Shown here: positions 38,606 through 52,069 of the stretch, piece by piece
Numbering within the stretch: position 1 is the first letter of the stretch
Layout of the letters: every line of letters starts with the position of its first letter
DNA from: Lingula anatina
Lineage: Eukaryota; Animalia; Brachiopoda
NCBI GenBank assembly: GCA_051362555.1
Contig: CM120640.1
Span: 682,001-746,000, forward strand
Length of the DNA: 64,000 nt
Direction: 5' to 3'
Translations under genes and position numbers: made by a program
The notes under the pieces: model-generated
Seen by the model: the letters and a program-made list of their open reading frames with translations, nothing else
What the model was told of the DNA's origin: nothing
Databases searched by the model: none

Positions 38606-38971
38606 GTGAAAGCGGCAATTGCAGTATATATACGTGCATTGTACAGTGTACATCAATTAAGGGGTCCGGTTGCTGTAAAGGGTGTAATTATATATATGTA
38701 CTCCAATGAGGTCTTGGTGCGATTTTATGTACTAATAAAACAACCTTATATTAATGTCACTGGGTTCAGCAACAAGAAATTTAATTCACATCTTTCCTAT
38801 TATGTTAAATGTAACAATCAGGGCTGAAGAGGTGAAATGGTTAAATAAATAAGGGGCGGGGGGGGGGGGGGGGTATACTTTTTCGAGAGAGCCAGGGCTC
38901 AATGCCCCCCAGCACACAAGCAGGAAAACTAAAGGATTTCTTAAGGAAAATGTAAATTTCATAGAAAACAT

Positions 38972-39305
38972 CTGGGGCCAGTTTTATAAAGGATGTTTAT
39001 CACTAACCAGTGGATAAGCCTAACCAGTGGATAAATTCTCCTAACACCCATTAACTAAAAGACGGTTAAAATGTGTTTCATATACAGTGTTCTGACTGAA
39101 CACTGTATATGAAACAAGTTAACTGGCCAATGTTTAACTGGATAAAATAATTATTTAAAGGTCAGTTAACTAACAGAATGTTTAAACACTGTTTATGAAA
39201 CACAATTTCATCCGTCATTTAGTTAACGGGGTTTAGGAGAATTTATCCACTGGTTAGAGTTAAACACTGGTTAGTGCTAAACGTCCTTTATAAAACTGGG
39301 CCCAG
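38972..39305. mobile_element. Palindromic MITE (Harbinger-like, CWG flanks)
   Basis: CTGGGGCCAGTTTTATAAAGG / CCTTTATAAAACTGGGCCCAG with long internal inverted symmetry. Confidence 0.8.
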
Positions 39306-40504
39306 GTCTACGATGAAACACCGCTTAAGAAAATACACTAAGCCAAAAACAAAAAATGAACTAATAAGTGGGATGCAGGAATTCTAGAAGACGGTCACAA
39401 CTGAGGAATGTATAAAGTACATAAACCATATAAACAAAGTTATTCCGGAGGTGTTGAAAAGGGAAGGCCGTGCATCCGGATATTAGATTAATGATTATCA
39501 GGAGAATGCACTTTTTCAATTAAATGACTGTTCGTAATAGCCATTTTACTAATTTGCCATTTTTAAAATTTATTTTTTATAAAATTGTTGTAGTTTACTG
39601 TATGGACGTTCCGTGTTAATTGTGAATAAACCGACTATTCATTGACTGCAATAATTTGTTTCATTATATATACATGTAGGTCACATTCCACTTCATTGAA
39701 AAAGACAATCACCGCATAATTCTGCCATATTCATACTTCACTTTTTCAATTGGCTTGAGCATGATATCGTGACTCTTATCGTTTCACCTAAGTAAGCCAA
39801 AATAAGATGAAAGGGCAACATCGGTAAATTAATTATATTTCATTCAATTACAAAATTCTATTTTTGAAAATGTCTACGAAGTTCGGAATGCGGTGAATAA
39901 ACAGAAATATCGTCAGTGCTTGAACCATGGTTAAACCCAACATTTAGTCTTCCATGTTTTAACAAAGGGCACGTGCCGTTCTACACCAGAACAATGCTTG
40001 GAACTAGCGGGGCGTATGATTGCACAGGCTGCTTGACGGGACACGATGTAGACAGCGGGGAGTCCGAGATGGTTACGATTGATAACTTAACAGCTTAAAC
40101 TGTCGATATTTGCCCTGTTATTATCCTCGCGGGGGTTATCAGGAGTCACGGTCGCACTGACCGTGACCTACTGTGAACGGTCTTATTGACCTAGCTGTAC
40201 CTTTATGTGAAGGTGTTTGTCAATAAAGAATCTGAATCTGAATCTGTTGAAATTGACAAAGCCTGCCGGTGTTTACCGTTTGATTGATTTGATTTAACTT
40301 GCTTTCTGGTGTCGTTTTGAGAAATTAAATTGGAAATGTTTTGCTGATTGTATGTATTAATAAGTAAATCCATCGGGCTTTCCTTAGAATAACATTTATT
40401 TTCTCTTTATTGTAAGGGGATTCCTTACTAGACCTCGGCTCTTCTCAATGTAAATGCTCTCTGTGTGGTCCAAGCCTATTAAAGTTAACTGGCCCAAGTC
40501 CAAT

Positions 40505-40539
40505 TCTCAAAAAAAAAAAAATAAATAAATAAATAAAAA

Positions 40540-40570
<31 letters not shown>

Positions 40571-40575
40571 TAAAA

Positions 40576-40606
<31 letters not shown>

Positions 40607-40771
40607 AAATAAATGAATAAATAATAATAATAAATGAAAATAAATAAATGAAATAAATGAAAAATAAAATAAAATAAAAACTTAATTTAATTTGAGTACA
40701 TGTTACAGCCGAAAGAATTAACTGGGCCAGTAAGTAACTGTTTTTAAGAAATTTCACAGGCCCAGTCAAAA

Positions 40772-40811
<40 letters not shown>

Positions 40812-40835
40812 TATAATAAAAAAAATAATAATAAA
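40505..40835. repeat. (TAAA)n/(TA)n/poly-A low-complexity tract
   Basis: Direct inspection; explains the spurious hydrophobic ORFs at 40485-40950. Confidence 0.9.
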
Positions 40836-42446
40836 CTGCAAGTGCAACTGTGTACCTGAACTCATATGCCTCTGATTGGCTGATCTTAAAGAGGCCAAGT
40901 GGCTCTGCCCAATCATGTCGCACCCCATCGTTGTGTCTCACTGGTGCCACTTGGAAGTAATTAGTGTAAAAAACAAAGATGAGACATCCTGACTGAAATT
41001 AAGGAAGAAACATCTGGAGCTTGTTTTATAAGAGCCAACCTCCCCCCCTCCCTGCCCTGGAAAGCTTATCTAACAATAATAATCTCATCTCAGATATATC
41101 CTTTTATTACTTACTATCCTTACTATCTTTCCATATGTGTAATGTATAGTAGCTAGAGAGCCTCTAAATGTAAAACATTTCAGTGCTCAATAAATTATTA
41201 TTATTATTATTATTTTATTGTGACCAATAAATTATATTTATCTCCGGAACGATAACACCGCCTCACGCGGATTCTCACACGCATTTAATATCTCGTATGA
41301 CTCAGTGAAGACAGCCTCGTTATAGGCTTTCGTCCCACTGTCCGTTTTGCGTATCACCTAGTATCGGTAGGAGGTGTTTGGGGGAGGGTGCAAGTGCTGA
41401 AGACCAGTACTAGTATGAAAGATCTGTAGCCAGGTACATGTAAGTGCGAAGACTAGTTCTGTTCTGTTCTCTTTCTCTTAATGTTGGGTATAATGTGATG
41501 TCAGACTTATTGGATTTAAATGAATATACTGTACTAGAATAAATCAATTTTGATCGGTAGGGTAGGCCTACGTGACATACATACATATGCCTACAGACAT
41601 GCGCGCGCGCGCGCGTGTGTGTGCTGTTTATAAAATATTTCTAGTTTTAATCTTTGAAGGAGAAAACAAGCCAATTCCTATTCAATCAATGCTACATGTA
41701 CACGAATATTACCTTGAACTGTTAAGTTGCTTTGCAAAGTAAACATTGAAGTAGGCCTAATTGTGGAGACGAAAAACCATGATAGATCAATTTTGCTCAA
41801 AACACCGAATAGGAATACCTTCATACATAAACATTTAAAACGTTTTGCCAAATAATTGGCACTCACTATTAGTGAGATAGTTCAGGCTTTAACAGTAAGT
41901 CTCGAGTTGCCTCCCAATTCATGTCAGCCCTCACCCGTAGGGGGCAGCTTCCATTTAGTATATGTATCTAGGTCGTTAGTGTAAATATAGAACGCACACT
42001 GTACACATTTATAACAGCAACGGATTTTTGAGGAAAATAAAAAGGCGAGTATTTTTTGCTCTGTTTTATTGTTACAGTACATATTGGTGTAGTAGAAGGA
42101 GCGACTCTCGGGTGTATATGTTAGTTTATAGCACTTATGAGCCACATTGCTCAGGAAGCGACTCCAAAATCCTTCCATATAAATGAAATTATTTTATAAT
42201 CTTTATTCAAGGTCGCTTCTAGTCAGCGAGGGCTGTTTCTTAATATTCGTACTCAAAATTGATTTCAACGGTATCAGTGGCAGAGATAAGCCTTTACGTT
42301 ATGCACCCTCTGTCAGTTATTGAGGCCACACTATCCTTACTAGTTAAATATCTAAGTGTGTCACCTTCCAAGAATACAAATGTTTTGTCAGTGTTACCAT
42401 ATCACAGCGAGTACACATCCATAAGGCAAGTTGAATAAGTTCAGCG

Positions 42447-44079
42447 CGTCACACTAGAGGCGGAATGAGCAAGAATGCCATCGGAAAGACAATTCTTTGC
42501 ACTTTCCTGGATATTCGAAGAGGATTCTTATATTTCTGAGTGCATTCCAAATATTTTTACCCATTCTCGTGGCCGGCCCGAATGTTTTGCTCATGCTCAA
42601 AACTTTCGAAGTGCATTCCAAGTGTAGAAATATCGAATGGCATTCTAGGTGTATTCTAACTGCACTATAAGTGCATTCTTAACATTCTTAGGGCATTCCG
42701 ACAGCATTCGAAACATGCTGATCGCGTTCGAGGGAGAACCGAAATGGCAAGACACTTCGAATCGTGCTAGAATGAGCCGGAATGTAACTCGAATGCATTT
42801 CGATGGCTGCCGAAATCCTATTTCAGCCAGCTATCGAACTACACTCGTACGACCTTCGAAGTGCATTCTAAATATTCTGATTGTATTTTGACAGCATTAT
42901 CGATAGGCCTATTCTTAGTTTTCCAAGTACATTCGAGCTGCATTTGAGAGCTAAAAGGCCCTACAGCCAACATGTGCACGAATAATTCCAGGCGGATTCA
43001 AACGCATTTTGAGTATTCCAACGGCATTCTTACAAGAATTCTTCATTCCGGTTGGTCCTGCTTGATTCCTGCTGCTTCCGAATAAGGGTGACGGGGCCTT
43101 TAGAATGACACTTAATACCCCCGTCACACTAGAGGCGGAATGAGAAAGAATGCATTCCAAGTGGAAATTCTAACTGCACTATGACTGCATTCTAAATATT
43201 CTCACGGCAGCATTCCGACAGCATTCGAAACATTCTGATAACATTAGAGGAATATTCGAACTGACAAGTTACTTGAAGCCCCCGTCAAACTTATTCGAAA
43301 TCAGTAGGAATCAAGCCGGAATTACTAAATTAAAAATTCGTGCCATATTCGAGAGGGAATTTAAAATTATCATAAAATATTAGGCTTTGTAAGAATGCCT
43401 CTGGAATACTAAGAATGCACATCGAACCCACCTGGAATGATTCTTGCACATTCCAGGTATATTACATCTCAAATGCACCTCGAATGTAGTTGGAATAGGC
43501 CTACTGTAGGGAAATTGCGATAAATTTCCTCTTGGAATGCACTTCGAAAGTTTTTGACATGACAAAAGCATTCGAGCCGGCCACAAGAATGGGTAAAAAT
43601 ATTTGGAATGCATTTAGAACTTTTAGAATGTTTTTAGAATGCTATTCGAATATCCAGGAATGCACAAAGAATTGAATTTCCGACGCCATTCTTAATCATT
43701 CCGCCTCTAGTGTGACGGGGATTTTATACTCCGCCAGAATGTTTCGAATGTGTCTCGGATGAGCTGAAATATTAATTTTGCCAGCAATCGAACTACACTG
43801 CGCCGTTCAAAAAATATTCTAAATATTCTTACTGCCTTCTTACAGCATTATAAATATTCCTAGTTTCCCAACTACATTCGAACTGCTTTTGAGAGCTACA
43901 CAGTCGAAAATGCACCCATCATTCCAGGCGAATTCAAGCTCATTCTGAGTATTCCAACGGTACTCTTAATTAAGGTCAATTTGAAATTTCCCCCCGAATG
44001 TGGTTCGAATTTTAAAAATTCTTCGTTCGGGCTCATTCTTCTTCATTCATGCTGATTCCGAATAAGTGTGACGGGGGTA
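42447..44079. mobile_element. Three copies of one TIR element family: 42447-43097 and 43116-44079, the latter containing an inverted copy at ~43277-43723
   Basis: Ends CCCGTCACACTAGAGGCGGAATGA and TTCCGAATAAGTGTGACGGGG each recur three times; bodies rich in GAATGCATTC/TTCGAA. Confidence 0.8.
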
Positions 44080-44384
44080 TGACTAATCCTCCGCGTGACT
44101 CGAGACGAAGAAGCTAAACCGGTGCGTTTATACATGTACTTTATTTATTCACGTCCATATATTTGAAAGTAAAACGCAAGGCTGGGCGGTATAAAGGTGA
44201 GTAAGAGTTGATAATGTGCGTTGAACATTGTTTTTATTTCAGGCTGGGGCTGTCAGTCCAATTTGTCTATGCAGAAACTAGCGTTGGCTCGCCATGCGTA
44301 TGCTACATACATGTATGTATACAAGGTCATGGGCCCATTCAGCGGGACCTCCATGTTTAGGACATTTTTCTTCTTTAGTGCGTG

Positions 44385-44940
44385 ATGTATGCACATGACC
44401 AATGTTTATCAGTGCGATTCAGGATGTGCATCATTACAAGACGGCATTTTGGAAAAAAATGTAATCAATCCTTTAGATGAAGAACATCGTTTCATGTAAA
44501 CACCTTTTCATCGGAATTTTTCAAAATGGCGGGTCCCAAAGTTGGTGAGAGGCAGTTGGGTGAAAGTTTAGGGCTTTTTTTTTGTTGATTTAAACATGAT
44601 TTATGCACATGACTAATGTTTATCATTAACATAAAATTACGACGTGAGTCATTACAAAAAAGCATTTTAGTAAAAATGTAATCAATCCTTCAGATAAAAA
44701 ACATCGTTTCAAATAAACAACTTTTCATCGGTCTTTTTCAAATGGCGGGTTCAAAATTTGATGTCAGGGGACTCTTACAGATATTTTTTCAATTTTTTAT
44801 TACCGTATTATGTTTGCAAATGTTTCATGGTTTTCTCATACAGTTAAGAGTGAAATCCAGTTACAGGCATTATTATGGCAAAAGTGAATCAGCCCTTTAA
44901 ACGTAAAACATGTTTCAAACCACACCTATTTCCAATTGGC
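44385..44940. repeat. Two to three diverged ~215-230 bp tandem units
   Basis: ATGCACATGAC.AATGTTTATCA...AAAAATGTAATCAATCCTT.AGAT...TTTTCATCGG...AAATGGCGGGT at ~44388 and ~44622, weaker third copy. Confidence 0.7.
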
Positions 44941-46079
44941 TTTAGGTTTATTGTTTGTAATTGAGAGTTTCGTTTAGGATATGTAGTTATATGTTGTTAT
45001 GAATTCCGTACTTACTCATTTCAGGTTGAAGAGAATGCAGATGAAAGATCTTTAGTTTTGATGGGAGATGTAACCATAATTGTTCAGTCAAAATGATTTC
45101 TAGCAGCAACTTGATGAGACACAAGGCTCTGTTTTCTTACCACCACTAACATTTAACTACAGTGCAAAAGAGGTTACTATCGATGGTTTTGGGTTTAATT
45201 TCAGTCAAGCTATCAAGTTCCTTAATACCTAGTCAACAGTTACTAGTTTCCCTATAACAGAGGTTGTGATTTATTATTTATTAAGATTTTAGAGAATATT
45301 TATGTGTAAAGTTTTTTATGTATAACTATTAAAAACTATTTTTCTATAGTCTTATTCAACATGAATGAGACCAAGAATAACCATTTTGCCATTCCTTGAT
45401 CTGCAATTATTATAACAGAAGCGCCTATCATCTCGAAATGCTGTGTGGCAATGAGCACCATCGCAACCTCTGACATACTTTTAAGGGATAAATAGATATT
45501 CTTGAGCTGTGCTAGCTGTTGCTAATGATAACATTTATTGGTAATCAGTGTACCTAAATTTGTCATCTTATTTTAAGTTTGGACCACCAAAAGTAAGGCA
45601 TATGCAGTTAAACAATACATTGTTTGTAGACAAAAGTGCTATTTATTAAAAAATAAATTTAAATGCAAATATAAACTGATACTGGACCGCAGGTTTAATG
45701 GTAAAATTGAAGAGTGGTCCTAGTGTTAAAAGGGAATTAAGTGTTAATTGGCTATCTGTGTACTTGTCAAGACGTATAAAATAATCACCATATCAGCATG
45801 TTGCAAAATAAAAACTAACCAATTTTTGCCATATACATTCATGTATTTTTGCATTGCTTTAATCTCTGCTGGGTGTAACAATATTGGCATATTTTCATTG
45901 CTGATACTTTGTTTTAGGTGTTACACAAGTTGCTCAAATGATAAAATAAAGTAAAGCAATATCAAGCGTTTAAATATTTGTCTTTCATTTTTTTCTTCCA
46001 ATGAATTTAAACTGTCATTAGTTGGCCTCATGTACTGTAATAGATAAAGGTACAAAAATAGGTATTGAAATTTTATTTA

Positions 46080-47730
46080 GGCCACACTTTTTTATTTTTA
46101 TGGATGACATCCTGCGCGCGCACCGATTTTCCAAAAAAAAAAAAAAGAAAAAAGAAAAAATCCCCCCTCCCAACGGTTGTCGCAAACGTCGTTATTGCAT
46201 TTGCCTGTAAATGAGCTTTCTGCGCATGCGTATTATCGCCACGTGGAAATATGGCCGCTTTGCCGTCAAATTGATCTCAAGGATTACTTTCAAAATACAC
46301 GACAATTAAAGTCATAAAGAGAACGGGGCCGTCGTTTTGTGTTGGTTTGCCATTGATATTGGGCATGGAGATATCACCTTTTTACAATTATAGGAAAGGC
46401 TGGCCGCGGCCAGCGATTATCGCCCGGAAAATTTCAGTGACATATGACATTGACGAGTCAGTTACTTTAACTGACATATTTGTTATAAAGCAATATGACA
46501 TATTAATACATAACCAGTATTGCCCTAAAACAACGACCTATGTAAGTGGGTGCCATTAATAATAGGCCTATAATGTGTCAATCAATTTTTTTTTGCTATT
46601 GCAGTGTGAATTAAGATGGATTTTTTATTTTCCCACCTAAGTGGCAAGTTGTCAAAACAACACTAAGACACTAAGCACAGCAACATCACATAAATTTTGG
46701 TTCGTTGCAGTATTTCCATTCACCAACGGCTATTTTCAACATGAAACGCAATGACTTATTTAATAAACCCTTATGTACGGAATCAACTGTTCTTTAGCCT
46801 ATTTTGACGATTTTTTTCCTCATGTTCTTGCCAATAATATTAAGGATTATTTGAGCTTGTGAAAGTAGCTCAAACAGCAAAAGACAATTAAGAGCAAACC
46901 TATACTTGCATGACAGATGCTATTCTAGCAGACGAAATATTTCCTACAGATGATTCACCTCAAATATTTATTCGGGATACAGAGCTTATTCAGGCCTACC
47001 CAACTACCAGACTCGGCACCTAAGGATCCTGAATTAACCGGTATATCGGACCACACTACCCGTTTTCAAGGTGTGTGTCAGATCGCATTTCGACTGTTGT
47101 CGTCATTATAACAATATATTCTGTCCAAAGCAGCACTACACTACACCAGGTTTTATTGTAGCGAAAAAAGGATCGACAAGATTAACAAGGTATTTGGTGG
47201 GCTGAAGGTCGGACAGGCCACCCGATAGTTTGGCTGCTTCGTGTGAGTGGAAGTAGACAAAATGGCATCGACCGAAATGACCTTTTATAAATTTGGTAGT
47301 ATCAAGCATAGGCCTATCGTTGCATCATTTTTTTAACAATTCTGTGAACTGTCCATAATGCTTTAATATTCTGAGAGTACAAATGAAGACACGCTGTTTA
47401 TTTGATATTAGTTTTATTGATTGCTATTTGCTATACCAACAAAATGCATGAAATAACCTTAAATAGATTTGGTAATATGCAGCATATATATTCATGACTT
47501 TCTACCAAGTAGGCCCTATTCACAATGCTTTAAAATTTTTCAGAGCATGGATAAAGACATGTTGTTAGTTTGATACGTGTTTCTGTGGTAAATTAGTGTT
47601 TCCAGCTGTGTACTGGCGACATAACTTTTCTTAAGCAGTAATTTTTTTGGACTGTTTTTTTTTTTCGCCCTCTCGCACCGATTTTGGGGTCCCCAGAGCA
47701 TGTCATCCATAAAAATAAAAAAGTGTGGCC
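46080..47730. mobile_element. Non-autonomous TIR element with TTA target duplication (Harbinger- or Zator-like)
   Basis: TTA|GGCCACACTTTTTTATTTTTATGGATGACAT ... ATGTCATCCATAAAAATAAAAAAGTGTGGCC|TTA. Confidence 0.88.
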
Positions 47731-47864
47731 TTATGTTAAAATTATGGTTAGTGCATATGCAATAACTTATTTTCATTTCCCCAGTTTTCCTGTGCAAGCT
47801 TTTCTCTACCTTGTATATAAGCAAAAAAAAAATAAATAAATAAAAAATAAAAAATAAAATAAAA

Positions 47865-47895
<31 letters not shown>

Positions 47896-48370
47896 TAAAA
47901 AGCAACGAGGCTGGCATACATTGCAAGTACTATTTTTTGTGCACATGGCTGTGAATTGAATGTGTCATTCCTAGATGAAAGTAAATTTCCTTTACATGCT
48001 TACAATGAAAAAAAGCTGAATTTAAAATAAAGACAAAACTTCTACAGATGCAAATTTTAGCGTTGGAGGTGGATTTGTGAAATTAATCTCATACGTTCTT
48101 GACGTGAAACCTATTTTTGCATAACAGATCGTCTCCAGATCAAATGGAGCCTCCATTGACCTCCTAGAAGTATCTTACATGATTTGAAATTTATTTCCCA
48201 AAATGGTTGCGTCCAGGCTGGAACTTATTTCTCTACACCTCTCTGTAATCCTACAATGTTTTTATTTCTGTATGAGATTATTAGAGACTTCGCAAGGGTT
48301 TATCCCAATTGGCTGAAGCAACCCACGTGGAGGGTCTTTTGAATATGTATTAGACCCAAGCTCTCCCTAA

Positions 48371-48449
48371 GACCGCATTCACAACGTTTTGAGCCTGGCT
48401 TTACAAATCCTGGGGACAAAATATGGCTCAAATCGTTGTGAATGCGGTC
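48371..48449. mobile_element. 79-bp MITE, TAA target duplication
   Basis: TAA|GACCGCATTCACAACG ... CGTTGTGAATGCGGTC|TAA. Confidence 0.8.
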
Positions 48450-48978
48450 TAAGACCACAAGCTGGGTAATTATGAGGATTAAGCCCGTTACAAGGATGGG
48501 ATGGAAGGAAAACCCTTGTTTTTAATCCTTCTCTTTACAATTTCTTGATTAGACCGATACTGTTGGATCGATCTAAGCATGGGAACACAGTCCTATATAG
48601 TATTTCATATGGTTAGCAACACCAAGTTTGTTTAAAAATACATTAAATTATATTTTCCGAGTCAATCAAACATTTGTGAAGTACAGATTGCAAGGCAAAC
48701 ATTTGAATCTATATCATTTTGATGAATGAAACTGCGACCCCACAGACACACCATCGGTCTACGTGGATCGACCCTTTCGCGGGGTTTCCTGCTAAGTACA
48801 ATCAGCTAAACTGAGCCACATACCTCCTCTTGTTTCACCGTACTCGTATAATCACCAGCTTTTCTGTATTCCACTTAACGCCAGGAGAAGACGTGTTGAT
48901 CTGTTAAGCTAAGGGGATTAGCGAGAGTCCCCACAGAGTTGGGGAGATCAACGTAGGCCGATGTGTCCCTAAGCCTAA

Positions 48979-49182
48979 GACTGCATTCCCACAAATTTAG
49001 ATCAATCCATCTGGATCGACCTAACTCCCTGTGGGTTCACCCTAAATTGCTGTCAGCTGAGCGCGCACAGCAGTTAATTACCCCCTTGCAGCTTTTAGTA
49101 CGCGGGACAGACATTTAAGCCGGTTAAGCTGACAGTAATCTAGTGAGACCCCCCACGGGGATAGATCTGTGGGAATGCAGTC
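48979..49182. mobile_element. MITE, TAA target duplication, just upstream of the protease-like exon
   Basis: TAA|GACTGCATTCCCACA ... TGTGGGAATGCAGTC|TAA. Confidence 0.8.
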
Positions 49183-49236
49183 TAAAAGTCAGAGTCAGAA
49201 TGAATATTTTATTGCAGCAGATGTTGCCTTCCCATC

Positions 49237-49918
49237 ATGGAAAACGCCGTAGCCTTGAAAGTGTGGAAAGAGCAAAGTGGCCCTAAAGCCAGTGGGAAGC
49301 AGGCTCCACAGGAGGACTTCAGGACACTTTGTCTCTATTTCGGCATGAGTGGAAAGGACGGAAACACTGTGAATGTTGGACTGACGTGTTCAGGGTCAAA
49401 CAGCGACAGCACATGGGAAGAGGGCGATATCTGTCTCACTGGGGATGCTTCTAATCCAACCACAGTCGGCCGTTGCCTTCACGTGCATGACGATGGCACG
49501 TGCAAGTGGATCCTCATCGAAATTGAAGAAACGTACCTTAAATCATTAGGACAATATAACAAACAACTAGTATCCTCTTCTGACGATTCGCCGACACAAG
49601 GTCGCCTCACTATAAGAACAGCATCTGATGAAGTATCTTATGGAAATGTAGGTGAGACATACGGTCCCGGTTGGTTTCAAGTGATACCGGAACCGGGGGG
49701 AACCGGATTCACCAAAGGCGACAGCGGTTCCGTTGTGTTGTCGGAGACGAGTTCATATGATGTGGCGACTCGTCTGAGTGGTGTAATAGGGTTTCACTCT
49801 CGCCAGAACCCTATTGTAAAAACTAAAAAAACTCTCATTTCTGAACTAAGGTTTTATCTTTTAAAGGAGGACAAAACTATCGACGAGAAGTACATCCTCA
49901 CCCGACTTCCCACACTTG
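49237..49918 (+). CDS. Exon encoding a trypsin-like (PA clan) fold domain, probably catalytically degenerate
   Basis: Uninterrupted 227 codons; motif order RTLCLYF..VGLTCSG..VGRC..KWILIEI..VSYGNV..FTKGDSGSVVL..GVIG; acceptor TTTTATTGCAGCAG upstream; the apparent stop lies inside donor G|GTGAGT at 49919. Confidence 0.7.
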
Positions 49919-50373
49919 GTGAGTAATAGTATATTCCTTACTCCCTAAACCATTACTTTACAGAAATGATTCATTTTTTTGTCAGCAGAACATGTTTTAG
50001 TCTCCAGTATAATTAAAGTATCATTTTGCAGAAAAGATAAATGTAATACTTGCAACTTCCAACTGCTTTAATCTTTAGTACAGACTAAAGTATATGCGGT
50101 TTATTTTAGCTAAGTTCTAAGTTGAAAAGCCATTACAGTAAGTCACAATTTAAACCTGTTTCCACGTACATGTAGTGCTTACTTAGTTCTACACAAACAC
50201 GATAAAATATTAGGGTCGTATATTATAAACTGTCACTTAACACAAGAAGTACCTTCTTCGTGGGACTAAAAACCTTGCCAAAGCCAATGGGTCGTAACAA
50301 AGGTTTAATACACATGTAGCTCACTCTTCTGTCCAGCTTCCATAATGTTCAAGCTTTGGAATTCATATATGTC

Positions 50374-52069
50374 TTTTATGTACAGACACAGATGTGTGTG
50401 TACATATAGCCATCACCTGCGTCTGTCATCGCCCTCGTCGCCGTCGTTGTCGGCGTCATTGCCGTCGTTGCCGTGCAATTTCACCGATAACACGATATGT
50501 GAAAAAACCCTTTACCTTTTGGCTTAAAACCTACAGAACTGATACATATTCATAATACGCAGGCCAAGTTCGAAAATCAGCGTGATCGGGCCATTTTTTT
50601 TTGTACAGACGCAGATGTGTCTGTAAATATTGCCGTCACCTGTGTCTGTCGTCGCCGCAGTTGCCGTCGCTGTCGCCGTCGCCATGCACTTTCATCGTAA
50701 ACACGCTAGGTGGAAGACAGTTTTACCTTTTGGCTTTCTATTTACAGAGCTGATGCATATTCATAAAACGCAAGTCAAGTTCGAAATCGGCATGATCGGG
50801 CCATTATTTTAGCAATTAGTTGTTTTTTTCACTCTTCAGCATATATTCAGCACTGTAAACATACTTCAAGGCAAACAGATATGCCTGTTTTCATGAAACT
50901 CACAGGGGTAATCAATCCTACTAAAACGCAGGTCAAGTTTGAAAATCAGCATGATCGCGCGGGCTATCATTTTAGAAGTTATGCTGTTTTCTCACTTTTC
51001 ATTATATATGCAACACTGTAAACACATTTCAAGGAAAACCAATAGACTAATTGACATGGAATTCACAGGAGTGCTTAATATTACTAAAATACAGGTCGAG
51101 TTTTAAAAAACCTTGTTTTGTTTATAAGTGCTTTAACGTTATGGAAAGAAAACTGTGTTACTATTTTTTTTTAACTTACGAGAATGATTCTTAGGTTTGA
51201 CATACAGCTCAAATTAGAAAACCAGCTCTATTGGATTATCATTTTTATTGAATTTATTGATTTTTTTTGTGAAATTTTCATTTTTCTCATTCTGGCACTC
51301 TTTAAGTGTGAACTTGAACTCTCATAGGCCTGAAGCCTTATGTTTTTACATTCATCGGTATTACTTGCTGTGCATAATTAAGATTTGATGTTGACTGTGC
51401 AGTTAAACATAATGTATTATTGCATCAGAATTGGCAGTCTCCTAGTTTGTGCATTATTATTTCTGTTTTTCTTAAGGTGTGACTTATGGGCCTGAAGACA
51501 CACTTGTGTGGTCAGTCTGTAATTTCCCCTTGGGTAATCACTAGGCTGAGTTCAGAACAATTAAGTCACTTGCCTAATTAAATGGCCATTAAATGAGATT
51601 ACATAAAACACACTTGTTGATATTTCCCTGTAAACTCGCAAAGGTTAAGCTCTCTGCTAGATAACACTGTCCATAATAAGGAAGCAGTGATAATTATGCA
51701 GTCATGTTGTTTAATATTGCAAAATAAAAAAATATTCCAAATAAAAAAGGGGTGGATTGAGACCATCTTCTAGGTCTTCTTGAATATGGTCAGATTTTAA
51801 AGTTTACATTGACGAGTATCTATTTTTTTCTGTTGGAAGACCATCAAAAATGAAGGAAGGATCACCAAAGATACTTTGGAATACTGTTTGAATATATCTC
51901 TGGATCCGCTCTTGTTATTGGCCATGTTACCTGTTGTGCATGATTAAAATTCGGTGATGATTGACAGTGCTTTTACAAGCCTTATTGCATCAAAATTGAC
52001 AAAATGACCTATTTTTGCATCTTTATTTTGTTTTTTTGTCTGTACATTTGGCAGCTTTGCTGCCTTGTT
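50374..52069 (+). mobile_element. HINE-family copies (two 5' ends at ~50374 and ~50598, 3' end at 52038-52069)
   Basis: Same hairpin, (GTCGCC)n, 159-bp units and terminal GTCTGTACATTTGGCAGCTTTGCTGCCTTGTT as 8703-10687. Confidence 0.75.

Noticed and set aside
40485-40950. Hydrophobic membrane-protein-like ORFs (also 47540-47926)
   Set aside because: Translations of (TTTA)n microsatellites.
46022-46559. Repeated short ORFs RPHFFIFMDD / MPLILGMEISPF (also 54701-55240) as a gene family
   Set aside because: They are translations of the TIR element ends; no domain or splice support.
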